This document shows positions 1 through 13,383 of a DNA stretch of 64,000 bases, in pieces; positions within the stretch are counted from its first letter, which is position 1; each line of letters starts with the position of its first letter. Below the pieces are notes generated by a model, which worked only from the letters and a program-made list of their open reading frames with translations, was not told the origin of the DNA and did no database searches. Made by a program: the position numbers and the translations under genes. Origin of the DNA: Eledone cirrhosa (taxonomy: Eukaryota); assembly GCA_964016885.1 (NCBI GenBank), contig OZ024746.1:94612001-94676000 (forward strand). The letters are read 5' to 3'.

Positions 1-447
1 GGGTTTGCTTGATCAGAAGCTTGCTTGCTATTTCTAGCAGGTCAAGTGACGTCTCCATATGTACTGGTTTCCTCATCTATTCCTATACTTAGAAAACCGT
101 GGGCATGATGTACAAATATGAATTACTCTACGTACAAAGAGGTTTCCTCGTTGATTCGTGACTATCAAGTTATAACTATTTATGTAATTTTAATTTGACC
201 ACATAATGCTCCATTATCTTGAACGGTTTACCCACATATGCATCTTATGCTATTTTGATAGACATTGATGCTTTTGTGCAGCAAAATGATGCATCATAGC
301 TTTAATGAACTCACTGATGCACCATAACATTCTTTCTGCATATAAATACCTTACTGTTATATACATAGTCTGCAAAATGTTCTCCTTATATGCATCAGGT
401 TTCTTAACTATGCAGCAGCTCTCATCCTATTTTTATACTCTTTAAAC

Positions 448-609
448 CAGTCATGGGAAAACTGCAGCTAGCGAGCCGCATGCGGCCCGTTTGGCTTTCT
501 GAATGGCATGCCTAATTTCAAAATTACCTTGAATGTTTAGTAGTGCGGCCCGCCTCATGATGATTGCATTCTATGCGGCCCACTGCTCGAAAAAGGGTGC
601 CCATGTTTG
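448..609. mobile_element. hAT-type MITE
   Basis: Imperfect TIRs CAGTCATGGGAAAAC ... GGTGCCCATGTTTG; perfect 8-bp TSD CTTTAAAC (440-447, 610-617); subterminal TGCGGCCC motifs; related copy at 53325-53618. Confidence 0.85.
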
Positions 610-799
610 CTTTAAACTCTCTTTTTCTTTCGCTCTGTCTTTCTTTTAATCTTTCCCTCTCTTTGGTTTTAACTTAGGTGTTTCTGTTCCGTTTTTTTTT
701 TTTTTGTTCCTACTGAGGAATTTTATCCAATTTATTCAATTTATCCAATTTATTCAACAACTATTTGCGGTGTTCAGCTATTCTTCTTGGGGTTGCCTT

Positions 800-895
800 C
801 AAAGCAATTTGTTGAAAGGTGGGTGAAAGTGGCCAGAATGTCTCGAGTGAATGGGCCTGGTCTAATAGTGTGCCTGTAGATTGAAGGAGGAGCTA
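800..895 (+). mobile_element. 3' fragment of L1/Tx1-clade LINE
   Basis: Translates FVERWVKVARMSRVNGPGLIVCL*, matching the ORF2 C-termini at ~27610, ~27990, ~46820 and ~48460. Confidence 0.8.
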
Positions 896-1121
896 TATAC
901 CAATATCCCAAGATATCTACAGACCAGAGATTTGATCAAAATACTTTCCACGGACTAGATTAAGCTAACGATACTCAACGGCCAGATTGTGGTGTTGAAA
1001 CTGGCTGTAGATTAAGTCTGCAACTAACACATGTGATTCCAACTTGACCCAAACCGGCTCTGATTCTATGAAGCAACATTTTAAAGGGTTACTTTTTTAA
1101 AATTAAAATCTTCCCAATATA

Positions 1122-1289
1122 CCGTATTTCCCGGCGTCGAAGACGCTACTTTATTACTAAAATAAGTCTCAAAAATCTACCATGCGTCCTGGAGGCCGAA
1201 GGCTTTTTATTATTTTTTTTCAAATCTTTGGTTGTCAAAGTTAGGGTGCATCCACGAGGACGAAGCGTCTTCGGCCCCGGGAAATACGG
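1122..1289. mobile_element. Tc1/mariner-pogo type MITE
   Basis: 25-bp TIR CCGTATTTCCCGGCGTCGAAGACGC (23/25 match), flanked by TA on both sides. Confidence 0.85.
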
Positions 1290-1399
1290 TATTCTACATT
1301 ACTATAGATTTTGTTATATACATAAATATTTATTCTCAATACACGTGTTTCACTCACAAAGTTGGCTTAAAAACCATTGATAATTACATAAATATGAAA

Positions 1400-1620
1400 A
1401 AGAAACATAAAAATAAAATGAAGTAATGACAAAAAGGGGGAAGGGGTAAAGAAGGGCAGATCTGGTTGTATGGAAAAGTAGAGGAAAGGACTATAAATAC
1501 CAAAAATAAAAATAGGGAAAAGGCAAGGACTCATGGGCCACAGAACAAAAGGGAGGGGAGAGGGTGATGGGTTCTGGGCATAGGGCGGGGCAGTGTTTGG
1601 GCTGCGCCCGTTGACAGAGC
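1400..1620 (-). mobile_element. 3' end/UTR of CRE-clade non-LTR retrotransposon
   Basis: Reverse complement is homologous to 63240-63400 (CCCTATGCCCAG...CCTCTACTTTTCCATACA..CA.ATCTGCCCTTCTTT), which follows an RLE domain. Confidence 0.7.
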
Positions 1621-2789
1621 TTAACAATGATTTAATTTATAATTTTAGTAAATTCCTCAAACCTTTACATTAATTAATTAAAATAGAGTGTATTTCATTA
1701 AAGATACGGGATTTCCACTGAGACACCGTTTCCAAATACCAGTCAAATTACTTGGATGAAACCAAGGATATGGTAAAACATAGTTGGATTGAACGCATGA
1801 AGCAAATGTTTAAAACTTCCTTCGCTAATTATGCATGTGCTAAATTTCTCTTTAATAGTGATGATTAGGGGAAGGAATATCAAGTGGAGGAGGAGGAGCA
1901 GGAAAAAAGGTGGGGGGTTATTGCTATTTTATCTTGCATCTTATTTAATGATCCAAGCGTGTGTATGCTTGTAAAGAAAATAACATACACTACAACGATA
2001 GAACGCGTCGAAACATGTTTCTCTATCCAATATGAATTCTCTCATCTCACTCTCTTTTCTCTCCATCTTTAATGCTTTCACCCACACGTACATGCACACG
2101 CACAGACATATATATATATATATGGGGTGGAGTGCATGTAAGCATGTATATGTATACACACATACATGTATGTGTATGTGTTTGTGTGGGTGGTGCTCGC
2201 GCGCATGTAGGTGTGTATTGAAATTTGTGCTATGTGTTTTATATATAATTAACGACATTTCGATCTGTTTAATATTTAATCTACAGTTCGTTACACAACT
2301 ATAAACGCTGTTTGTGGGCCTCATGTTGTTTGAAGACAATAATGAAGGCTGGAATATATTTCCTGCATGCTATCAGGGCATAATAAATATAACTCGATCT
2401 TTTGGAATTTAGAAAGTACAATGTAAATAGCACATCGATTTTCTTTGAAGGGTTAGTGTTTACTAACTGAATTAATCGAATATTTAGCGACACGAAAGGT
2501 GGGGCCGGCTATTGGCTAAATCCATTTGAAAATTGCCCCATTGCCTTCCTTTGGCCGGAAACAGCAAATATTCTTCTGTTTACTGTCTATGAGGAAAAAA
2601 TGTTGTGTGGTGGACGCTACTGAAAGAATTAGAAACATACGCTCTTTCTTCAGCTAATCCTTTATATGGCGTTGCATGGCATGGACCCGTAACTCACAAA
2701 ATAGACAGACGGCATGACAGGCCTTGGTCACAGTTTCATGTTTCCTTGTGTTATCCGAACGAGTATCTTCCACCTAACTTACCTTCCGC

Positions 2790-3240
2790 CTCTGGGTCCC
2801 GGTCGACAGGATGGAGAATATATTGCTCCGAAGAAGGGCGAGGGAGACGCGCTGAAACAGTTACTTCACCTAGTGCAACTCGCACCCGCAGGTGGCCAAC
2901 TCTGCTCCGATAGCAGTTACTAGGGATGTGGTCCGTGGGCCGGAAGTCTCCACTGCTACAGGCTCTACCACAAACCTATTTGAGAGTGGCCGATACTTAG
3001 ACAGTTTGCCCTCTTCAGCTTGGCGGGTAGCAGAACCTGGGCTGGTAGCCTAACGCACCAGTTTACCACTAGAGTAGGTGTCCCAGTATGTGGTATCCCA
3101 GATGATGGGCATTACCCATGTGGAACGGAAAGATTGTGATGCCGTCTAGCCTTTTGCCGTCCTCTCGGTCCAGTCATGATGGCCCGGGCTGGGAAGGGAA
3201 GTCTGTGCCGCCCAGGCCATGCTTTATGATCTCGTTGGAG
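2790..3240 (-). pseudogene. Decayed RLE domain of CRE-clade retrotransposon
   Basis: Minus strand gives DGKRLDGITIFPF..IIWDTTYWDTYS..QAEEGKLSKYRPLSNRFVVEPVAVETSG, with stops and frameshifts. Confidence 0.8.
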
Positions 3241-3936
3241 TGGGAGGAAAAATCAACCTCAGTATTAGACCGGTAAATTTTTTTATCGACCTTGAATGAA
3301 TAAAAGGCAAAGTTGACTTCAGCGCGTTTTGTACTCAGTATTTTATCCGACATTCTAATGACCCAGCTAATTCGCTGCCTAATCCTTCATATACTTTTTC
3401 AAATTCTACTTGTAAAGAAGGATGAGATAATAGGGGAGGTAAAGTTCTTCAAAGTGGACGAGGTGGCGAGCTTGACCCGAATAAAGGAGTCTCTTCCCAG
3501 TATGTTCCTATCGGCAAGTGAATGACAAAAAATTGGGAGATGATACTTCATCTTAGTCATCAGAACAATCCTGAACTTGTGGATCCCTACATGGCTGTCC
3601 CTTCTATCGATGGTTTTGTTGCTGGTATTGCTGTCGTCGTTTACTCGATGTAAATTCCCAATGTTTTCTATCCTATTCATTTCTCTCTCCCATAGGTCCT
3701 GCATCACTGTGGCTAATATTATGTTTTACATACATCGTCCCATGATGTTCCTAATATCATTGGTTCGATATTTCGGGTTTTTAACATCCAAGGATCCTCA
3801 CCCAAGCAAGTTTATCAAGTCCCGGATTGCGACCTAGTAACACTACCGTAAGTACCTTTTTCTTTTAATATCTAGTCACAATGAAGCAGCCTGTGCTGAT
3901 TTCTTAAATTAGCTAGCCTGTTAGGCTACAAGGGTA

Positions 3937-4388
3937 CTCTCGGGTCTCCAATAATCGCCCCCCCCCCCCCCTGCACCCATTATTTATTTTTCCACACCCG
4001 CCTCCGCTCTTATTCCACCTTCACCCACCCCCGCCGCTTATTAAATTTTGCCAATCTATCTCCGGCCAAGTTTTATTGTAAGTAGTAGCATTCCTGCGAC
4101 AATTTTCTTTATACAGTAAAAAACATTATACATGACAAAAATAGTACATTACTAGAAATCCCATACGTTATAAAGTAAGTAAGGTTTCGATATGTAAACT
4201 AAACAACTAATTCTGGTTTTTAAAACATCAACGGAGACAACCTAGAAAGATTACCGATTCCGCTCTCTTTCCTGCTTATTCATCCCCTCTTATTCCAACT
4301 CCCCTGCTCATTCTACCCACCCCCTCTTATTCCACCCTCACGCCTGCTTATTCCAACTCCCCCGCCCCTATTATTTGAGACCCAAGAG
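3937..4388. mobile_element. MITE with TA TSD (Tc1/mariner-pogo type)
   Basis: TIR CTCTCGGGTCTCCAATAAT vs CTCTTGGGTCTCAAATAAT (17/19); TA flanks; subterminal CTTATTCCA.C.CCCC repeats. Confidence 0.8.
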
Positions 4389-4568
4389 TACTTAAAAATT
4401 AATGTAATGTTTTCCTCCAGATATGTGTTGTCGTGGCCTGGGAAGAGTCTGGCTGTAAAATGTGTTTATAGTATAGAAATTTATCAAATGCATTCATAAC
4501 AAGACTAAAATGATTTATATTTCTTTACAACGTATAACGTAATAACAGTTAATGTGGTGTGGTAAATA

Positions 4569-4929
4569 CAGTTATCCCCGATGTTCGCGGGGATTACGTT
4601 CCTAGAACACCTGCGAAGAGTGAAAAACCGCGAATATTAGACGTGATCCATAAAAATGCCAATAAACATCAAAATATAACGTAAAGTATAATTTTAAAAA
4701 AAGAGGGAACATCTTATGCGAAGGGGCGTCGAATATGCCGGCAAATACGGTAGATTGTTATTAATAATTATCGTTAAAAAATATATATATTGCCGTGAAA
4801 AAGCCATAAAAAATCCCAGAAACTATTTACGATTCCGCGAATATGAGGTGGTGTGCACGAACAATTATTAGTTCGGTTCTAAGGAATATTCCGCGAATTA
4901 CCGGGACCGTGAATGCCGCGGGTACACTG
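4569..4929. mobile_element. Tigger/pogo-like MITE (diverged)
   Basis: TA-CAGTTATCCCCGATGTTCGCGG ... CCGTGAATGCCGCGGGTACACTG-TA; internal CCGCGAA repeats; contains a stray TIR (GCCGGCAAATACGG-TA, ~4737-4752) like that of the 1122 MITE. Confidence 0.6.
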
Positions 4930-4984
4930 TACATAAATACCAGGTCCGAACACAATGGAATCAAACTCCCACTGTCACTGGTTC

Positions 4985-5215
4985 CATATCTTCCGCTCTC
5001 CCCATCTCTTAGTATTGTGAGCCCACGTGCTGAATGCCCCGTGGCTCTGACCGACAGAATAGAGAAGGCATTTCCCCGTAGGATGGTGTGAGGGAGACGT
5101 GCTGAAAGAGCCATTCCAGGTCGTAAGGCTCACACCTTCGGGTAGCCAACTCTGTGCCTATGGTGGTGAGTAGGGACGTGGTCCTAGGGCCAAGGACATC
5201 AGAAGCCTCCACTGT
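4985..5215 (-). pseudogene. C-terminal RLE fragment of CRE-clade retrotransposon
   Basis: VEASDVLGPRTTSLLTTIGTELATRRCEPYDLEWLFQHVSL/ILRGNAFSIL fits the ET.G..G...L.Q..S...RGNA..IL end motif. Confidence 0.75.
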
Positions 5216-5757
5216 TAAATTTATTCCTCTCGTGTTTATATATGCTTCTTCTGTCTTAGGTGTGAACTTTATTAAGAAGTATAAGACATTTTTATCGAGT
5301 ATCGTATTATTTCTTTCTGATATTTTCATGCGTTTATTCCATTCATTAAATGTTATGAACTTTATAAATATTTAAAAACGGAAAAGGAATGGAAAGGCAA
5401 GTGTTCTAGGGTCACAGAAGAATGCGAGGGAGAAAGAGGAAGGTGATTGACTCTGGGCCTAGGGCGCAGTGGTGTTGAGGTTGGGCCCCACGGACGAGAC
5501 AGCAAACGCATTTTGCTAGTTCTATTTCCAGTACTCTGTATGCATCTTAAATACACATTCATTATTTAACATTGGCCAAATGCGGTTTTTATTGTATTGT
5601 GTCGTCGATTTTACATGGGATTAGGACTACTTGGTATTAATATAAACTTGTAATTTGTTTGTTGTTTTCACAGAAAAGGGTTAATCTTTTATTTATGGGG
5701 ATATTGGCGATATAATACTTATTTTAACGGAAATGGAATAGCATCTTGTAGATATAG

Positions 5758-5971
5758 GGCGCTGGCTGGCAGTATCGGTAGAGGGTCGGACGCTATGCTT
5801 TGCAGCATAGAGTTACGGCCCTTTATGATCTGAGTTCAAATCCCACCGAGGTTAACTTTGCCTTTCATCCTTACGGGGTCGATAAAATAAAGTACTAGTC
5901 ACGCACTGGGGTCGATTTAATCGACTGTCCCCTCCCCCAAAATTCCTGGCCTTGTGCCTATATAAGAAACC

Positions 5972-5975
<4 letters not shown>
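5758..5975 (+). mobile_element. tRNA-derived SINE, family A
   Basis: A-box-like TGGCAGTATCGG, B-box GAGTTCAAATCCC, core GCCTTTCATCCTTACGGGGTCGATAAAATAAAGTAC; more than 12 copies in the window. Confidence 0.85.
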
Positions 5976-6007
<32 letters not shown>

Positions 6008-6059
6008 CTTCAACCCTTTCCTAATTTATTTTCGATTTTCTTCGATATTAATTCATCAA

Positions 6060-6420
6060 TAAGGCGGCGTATTGGCCGAGTCGTTAAAGAATCGGATTAA
6101 AAATGCCTCGGTATTTGGTTTGGTTCACTATGTCCTGAGATCAAATAATGGTTCCAATTATATTGGTGCTTTATTTTATCGAGGATGAAAGACAAAGCAA
6201 ACCTCGGTGGGATTTGAACTCAGAACGTAAAGTGCCGTAAATCTATGCTGCAAAGCATGGTGTCCGATGCTCTACCGATTCTACCAATCCACCAACCTTC
6301 AGAGTTTAAATAATTGTTTCTACTTTTGGCATTACTGGTACTTTATTTTATCGACCGTCGAGATCAACTTGACATTTCGTCTTTTCGGGGTCGATAAATA
6401 AAGTAATAGTCCAGTATTAG
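6060..6420. mobile_element. Cluster of SINE family A fragments on both strands
   Basis: + head 6060-6150; - copy 6168-6297; - tail 6310-6355; + core 6360-6420. Confidence 0.7.
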
Positions 6421-6856
6421 AATTGATTCTTCCTTTCCCTCGCTCTGGAAGAATTCGGCTGTGTTACAGCCTAGGTTTAAAATGCTCAAGTTACTTCGTA
6501 TATCATGATGGCGCCCTTACGACCCGACCAGGCTTTAAGGTCCCTTCACCCTAACTTCATTCATTAATATTAAAGGATAGTTTTTGAAAGCAGTGAAGTA
6601 GCATTGTCTTCGTATTTATTGTCGCTCATTCCCCGTCTTCCCTATGTTACAATGACGGATTTATATTGTTCTACAGGACTGAAAAAACTTGTTTATACGG
6701 GATAGTCATAGCTAGAAAACCTTTTCTCATAACACATTTTGACCAGGACTAACCCGGTTCTAAGCAAAACAACAACCTTGGAACGGACCACCGTCGGTTT
6801 TGAGGTGAATGTTCCAGTTTTTCAGCCTCTACGTGAATTTAACTTGTTGTTGGACC

Positions 6857-7130
6857 ATCGTCGGTTCCGACGATGAGTATTCCAGTTGTTTGGCCAAGGG
6901 AACAGCCTGATTGTGAAGTTTACGTGCAAGTGGCTGAATATTCCGTGTGTACTCTTAACGTAATTCTCATGGAAATTCAGTGTGACATAGTGTGTAACAT
7001 GACTGGCTATTTGAATCACATATGCAACTCATATTTTCCAACTGAATGGAGTGAACTGGGGCCACATGAAGTATGGTGTCTTGCTCATAGGCGAAATGCG
7101 CCGCCACGACCGCGCCGAACTCACGACCTT
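6857..7130 (-). mobile_element. tRNA-derived CORE-type SINE, family B (diverged)
   Basis: Homologous to 42873-43190 and 14055-14352. Confidence 0.75.
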
Positions 7131-7317
7131 ACAAGGTTTGAATTAGTTTATAAATCTAACAACAATTGACTACAGTTAACAAAGGTGAATGTGTTACCTG
7201 GAAGGATTGTGAGATAGATGCACTGGAAGAGTAATTCAACCCGTGGTCTCGTTCTTTCGGATGGCCATCTCCATTCCAATTGAAGCAAATAGGGATGTAG
7301 CCTGGGAACCGTGCCCT

Positions 7318-7432
7318 GTTCAAATCTCGCCGAGGTTAACTTTGCCTTTCATCCTTTCAGGGTCGATAAACTAAAGTTCCAGTAATGCTGTGGGGTAATT
7401 GCTGGCCTTGTGCCAAAAGTAGAAACAATTAT
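7318..7432 (+). mobile_element. 5'-truncated SINE family A
   Basis: B-box, core and tail GCTGGCCTTGTGCCAAAAGTAGAAACAATTATT. Confidence 0.8.
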
Positions 7433-7854
7433 TCATAAGGCTGACTAGATCGATGCCTATGGCCCCCAAAGGAACGAAGAACCCATCTTTTTAAAAAATA
7501 TAGTTGGGTGAAATTTTGAAGTGTCAGATGGGATCCAAAATATTTGAACGCTTAGATGCCCAGCCAAGAGCTAATACGATCCAGCATGTACGGCAGATGT
7601 TTCCATTGTTCGTGGTTCAACGAGAATAAATATACATGAAAACCTATGGAACCCTCTACATTTTTCTTTTGGGAAAGAAGCTCAAAGGAAAGAAGCCGGT
7701 TTACCAGAGCGATCTAAGGAAATTGTGTATCCATTAGTGATTCCATTATATATATTGTATGTCTGTGGCAACTCCTAGTAGAAAGGGCACCTCCATTTTG
7801 ATGACTGCAGGCGAGATTGGAACTTAGAGTACAGAGAGTCCGGACAAATATCAC

Positions 7855-8251
7855 TGGTGATGGTGGTGGTGGTGGTGTTGGTAATGGTAGTGTGTAGGTA
7901 GATGTAGTGGTGGTGGTGGTGGTGGTGGTGTTGGTAATGGTAGTGTGTAGGTAGATGTAGTGGTGGTGGTGGTGGTGGTGGTGTTGGTAATGGTAGTGTG
8001 TAGGTAGATGTAGTGGTGGTGGTGGTGGTGTTGGTAATGGTAGTGTGTAGGTAGATGTAGTGGTGGTGGTGGTGGTGGTGTTGGTAATGGTAGTGTGTAG
8101 GTAGATGTAGTGGTGGTGGTGGTGGTGTTGGTAATGGTAGTGTGTAGGTAGATGTAGTGGTGGTGGTGGTGGTGGTGGTGGTGTTGGTAATGGTAGTGTG
8201 TAGGTAGATGTAGTGGTGGTGGTGGTGGTGGTGGTGGTGGTGGTGGTGGTG
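7855..8251. repeat. (GGT)n-based minisatellite, ~48-60 bp unit
   Basis: (GGT)n-GTTGGTAATGGTAGTGTGTAGGTAGATGTA, about 6 copies. Confidence 0.9.
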
Positions 8252-8279
8252 GAATGGCTGGTTATTATTAACTCCTCCA

Positions 8280-9250
8280 ACCCACCACCATCAATACCGC
8301 CACCAAGATCACCATCCCATCATCATGATCAATGTCACCACCACTACACAACCACCACCACAACCACAGTTAACCAAAGTCACCACCACCACCACTACCA
8401 ATACCACCACCACCACTAACACCACCAATACAGCCACCACCAACACCACCAACACAACCACCACCACCACTATTAACTAAAGCAACGAATACAACCACCA
8501 CCACCACCACCAACGACAACACCACCAACACAACCACCACCACCACCACCAACAACAACACCACCAACACAACCACCACCACCACCAGTGTTAACTAAAG
8601 CCACCAATACAACCACCACCACCAACACAACCACCACCACCAACAACAATACCACCAACACAACCACCACCACCACCACCAGTGTTGACTAAAGCCACCA
8701 ATACAACCACCACCACCAACACAACCACCACCACCACCACCAACAACAACAACACCACCAACACAACCACCACCACCACCAGTGTTAACTAAAGCCACCA
8801 ATACAACCACCACCACCAACACAACCACCACAACCACCACCACCACCAACATAACCACCACCACCACCACAACCACCACCAACACCACAACCACCAACAC
8901 AACCACCACCACCACCAGTGTTAACTAAAGCCACCAATACAACCACCACCACCACCAACACAACCACCACAACCACCACCACCACAACCAACACAACCAC
9001 CACAACCACCACCACCAACACCACAACCACCAACACAACCACCACCACCACCAGTGTTAACTAAAGCCACCAATACAACTACCACCACCAACACAACCAC
9101 CACAACCACCACCACCAACAGAACCACCACAACCACCACCACCACAACCAACACAACCACCACAACCACCACCACCACCAACAACACCACAACCACCACC
9201 ACCACCACCAGTGTTAACTAAAGCCACCAATACAACCACCACCACCACTG
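8280..9250. repeat. (ACC)n-rich compound repeat
   Basis: Variable ACC/ACA runs punctuated by AGTGTTAACTAAAGCCACCAATACA. Confidence 0.9.
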
Positions 9251-9525
9251 TTAAAAAGCTACCAATACAACCACTACATTTTCACGCTCCACGGAAAATG
9301 CTTGGTTCGCATAACTTCAATGAAACATCGGTTCCGCTAGTTGAACAGCGCATGTTTCGACATATGGTGAGCGTTAAATTGCTTTCAACTCGTTCCACAT
9401 CAATGGCCCATGCCCCTTATACAGGTTCGTTCCTCGTTCTCATCCAACAATCATTTTTTTTTTCTCTCACCTTTTTTCCTTATTTTTTTTCTCTCACCTT
9501 TTATCCTTATTTTTTTTTCAGTAAT

Positions 9526-9597
<72 letters not shown>

Positions 9598-9665
9598 TTT
9601 TCTCTCTCTTAAAGAATTTCTCGCATATGCATGTATACGTGCGTGTGAGCGCTTGTGTGTGTGTG

Positions 9666-9700
<35 letters not shown>

Positions 9701-10197
9701 TAATACATTTCATATAGAATTGATTTCCACAGGACAAGAGCTGTTTCATTCGTTTGAAATCGTTGGAAATTCCTGTGGTACTATTCCATTCCGCTTCGGA
9801 AAACCATTCTAAACTATATATATATATATATGAATGCATATATACATATATAAATGTTTCTACTTTTGGCACAAGTCCAGCAATTATCCCAGTAAAGACA
9901 GACAGATAGACACACACACACGCACACATGCACTAGTCTATAACCTAGTATCAAAGTTTTGTGTATTTGTGTATTTAGCTCAGCTGAAAACAATGCTTAT
10001 ATACAGAGGTGCTCCGTTTTCGTCTTTTGAGTTATACAAACTAAGGATCAAGTTTATTTAATTCTGTTGAATAAACATTTGAACAATATTGAAAGTATTT
10101 GAAAACAACGATTTCTACTATAGGCAGAAGTCCAGCAATTTTGGGAAAGGGGAAAGTCGATTAAATCGACCCCCGTAAGGATGAAAGGCAAAGCTAA

Positions 10198-10905
10198 CCT
10201 CCATTGGCAGAAGAGCTCATGCTGTGGTCGCCGTAGAGTAGTCCTGCATTGATTGATCAGGTCTGGGGGAACCTCATCATCGCCTGGGGTCTTTCCCGAG
10301 GTCAAGCCCTTAATTGCCTTGTTGGGCTTAGCTAAAGTCGGCTCAGAATCAAGGTCTTCCATGATAGGTAGGCACTGAACAGCATTAGGAGTCGAGTGGG
10401 ATGCTGTGTTCTGTCTGGAGTAGAGGTCAGATTACTGCACCACCCATCTCTCCACCCCCCCCCCCCCCAGTCAGTGATGTACCTTCTTACGGCAGCTGCT
10501 CTGGACGTCCTCACTGAACTGTGTCCTGTACTCATTGGCACAGTGCCTTGCAGTCTGTTGAACCTTGCTTCTGGCAGCCCTAAGAATCTGGAGGTTCTTC
10601 TCGCTGGGCGATCGTTTGTACTCAGCTAGGGCAACATGCTTGGCTCCAATGACAGGGGTCATCCTGTTGGCCTCAAACCAGTGATGCGACTTCGAGACCC
10701 TCTTTCCAAAGGTAGCCAAAGCTGTGCTGTGCATGATGTTTCGCAACATTTCCCACTTTTCTGTGGCAGAGTTCCCAGATTGAAAGGTGTAAAGTCCTTT
10801 CTTGAGAACCTCTGTGAATTGCCTTACAAGTTCTGGCTGGTACATCTTGCTGGCATCAAGGCAGGGACACCCCTGTCTCTTTACTCGATAGAATCTCCAC
10901 ACTCT
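10198..10905 (-). pseudogene. Decayed RTE/BovB-like LINE ORF (linker to RT start)
   Basis: KWEMLRNIMHSTALATFGK..WFEAN..ARSKVQQTARHCANEY and EPTLAK..AIKGLTSGKTPGDDEVPPDLI. Confidence 0.8.
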
Positions 10906-11144
10906 CTCTCCCTCTCTCTCTCATAATTTGTACTAAGGGTGGACCAGCTCTACCGTTGGTAGTGGCCGAAACTGCCAACGTCCATCTCAACGGCCGATGA
11001 TCATGGAGTTCTGTCTTTCGTTTGTATTTTTATTTTCAAAACATATTTCTTAAGGTTTCCCCCTTGTTTTCGTTCGTTGTCTTGTCCTCTCTTTGTTCAA
11101 TCTTTCTAAGTTTTTCATTATATATATATATATATAAGCTAAAA

Positions 11145-11238
<94 letters not shown>

Positions 11239-11339
11239 ATCTAATCACATACATATAAACGTGTGTGGGTACATGTATACATGTATGTAAGCATGTGTCA
11301 ACGTGTACACCTTTTGTCTAAATTGTAGATGGTTCGTAC

Positions 11340-11830
11340 TTTATCTGCATACATGCAATCAAACATACATACATACAATTAAACTGCATACATGCAATTA
11401 AACACACATACATTTAAACTGCATACGTGCAATTAAACATACATACATACAATTAAACTGCATACATGCAATTAAACACACATACATTTAAACTGCATAC
11501 GTGCAATTAAACATACATACATACATTTAAACTGCATACATGCAATTAAACACACATATATTTAAACTGCATACTTGCAATCAAACATACGTACATATAT
11601 TTAAACTGCATACATGCAATTAAACATACGTACATATATTTAAACTGCATACATGCAATTAAACATACATACATACATTTAAACTGCACATATGCAATTA
11701 AACATACGTACATATATTTAAACTGCACATATGAAATTAAACATACGTACATATATTTAAACTGCACATATGAAATTAAACATACGTACATATATTTAAA
11801 CTGCATATATGCAATTAAACATACATATAA
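11340..11830. repeat. ~32-40 bp minisatellite
   Basis: TTTAAACTGCATACATGCAATTAAACATAC(GT)ACATATA; a related array resumes at 12610-12770. Confidence 0.9.
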
Positions 11831-12094
11831 ACAAAATTAACTCGAATATCGAGTTTTGAAACGTGAGTGTATTAGAATCCGTAGGAAAATGAGAAAACCT
11901 GGCGTAAGGAAGCTTTTAAAACAACAAAATACCGTCGAAAAGGCATTGGGTAAAAACATTACCTGGAAGGATCAGCGGCTAAAAGTGAGTTGATTTCTAT
12001 CCTTCGAGGTAATATTTGACCCAACCCCGCTTCGACAGTATTTTGCTCTTTTAACAGATTTCTTACGCCGAGTTTTCCCATTTTCCTACAAATT

Positions 12095-12574
12095 ACAATA
12101 AATATGATCTGAGTTTTTCGAATATTAATAATAACATTCGATTCGTTTCCAATTATGCAAACAAGCCTCATTTTTAAAGCCATGTCAGTAGAATGAACCC
12201 TTCATTCTTGCTCTTGTGTTGGCATGTAAACAGAACTGCAGACACTACTGACTGACCAGTCTGCTGATATGCAAATCTGGCTGATCAGGGAATCTGCTAA
12301 TATGCAAATCAGGCAGATCAGTCACTGTATATTTTAGAAAATATCATATATTTTCACTAGCTCTGACAGTTGGCAGGTGAACAGTGAGTTGTACTGATGA
12401 AGCGTGATACCCAGAAACATTAGTGTCTGCAGTTCTGTTCACATGTCAACACAAGAGCAAGAATGAAGGGTTCATTCTACTGACATGGCTTTAAAAATGA
12501 GGCTTGTTTGCATAATTGGAAACGAATCGAATGTTATTATTAATATTCGAAAAACTCAGATTACATTTATTGTA
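12095..12574. repeat. Inverted repeat (~154-bp arms) around a degenerate hammerhead core
   Basis: 12095-12248 is the reverse complement of 12421-12574; spacer ends CTGATGA-A-GCGT-GAT-ACCC-A-GAAA-CA-T-T. Confidence 0.8.
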
Positions 12575-13185
12575 TTCAGCCATGTAGAGCGAAACATTTT
12601 TTTTTACCTACAAATTACACACATACATATATTTAAGCACACATATGTGCAATTAAACTTACACACATACAATTAAACATACACATATACATTTAAGCAC
12701 ACATACGTGCAATTCAACTTACACACATATATTTAAGCACACTTACGTGCAATTAAACAAACACACACAACTCTAAAAATGCTAAGCTGACAAATAATCG
12801 CATGACTAATTTCCAGTTAACACTAGATCTTTGATTAACTAATAGCAAACTATGGACAGATCGATATTTTGATGTGGTGTGGGTATTACTTCCATGTTTT
12901 CCAATGTTTTTTCTTTTATATTTTGCTGTTGTTGTAGTTGTTGTATGTGTAGGCGTTAATATAAATAATTATTCTTTTCCTTTTCTTGCCAAACCACAAG
13001 ATTGCTTACATAAGGAAATCGATAGACTGTTGTAATCGATAAAGCATAGTACAAAATATTGTTAGCTATATCTGGTCTGATATCCAATCCCACCGAGGGA
13101 TATATATATCTAAGGTATATTCAGTTGATATATTTATCATATCGAACACTTGTACAATACTGATGTTGATTTCCTATATTTTATC

Positions 13186-13326
13186 GTTAGGGTTAGGGTT
13201 AGGGTTAGGGTTTGGGTTAGGGTTAGGGTTTGGGTTAGGGTTTGGGTTTGGGTTAGGGTTAGGGTTAGGGTTTGGGTTAGGGTTTGGGTTAGGGTTAGGG
13301 TTAGGGTTAGGGTTTGGGTTAGGGTT
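13186..13326 (+). repeat. Interstitial telomeric repeat (TTAGGG/TTTGGG)n
   Basis: About 23 hexamers, TTAGGG mixed with TTTGGG. Confidence 0.95.
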
Positions 13327-13383
13327 TCCGTTCCGTCCCCTCATCACTCTTTACTTTCTATTTATCTTCTATTTCTAACACTA

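Noticed and set aside
7714-9370. Mucin-like Thr/Pro/His-rich ORFs
   Set aside because: Trinucleotide repeat units shift frame and hit TAA in each unit, so there is no continuous reading frame
10930-10980. Hammerhead (long hairpin followed by GAAAC)
   Set aside because: The CUGANGA core is not recognisable (CTAAGGGT) and stems I and III cannot be built; possibly a decayed pLTR
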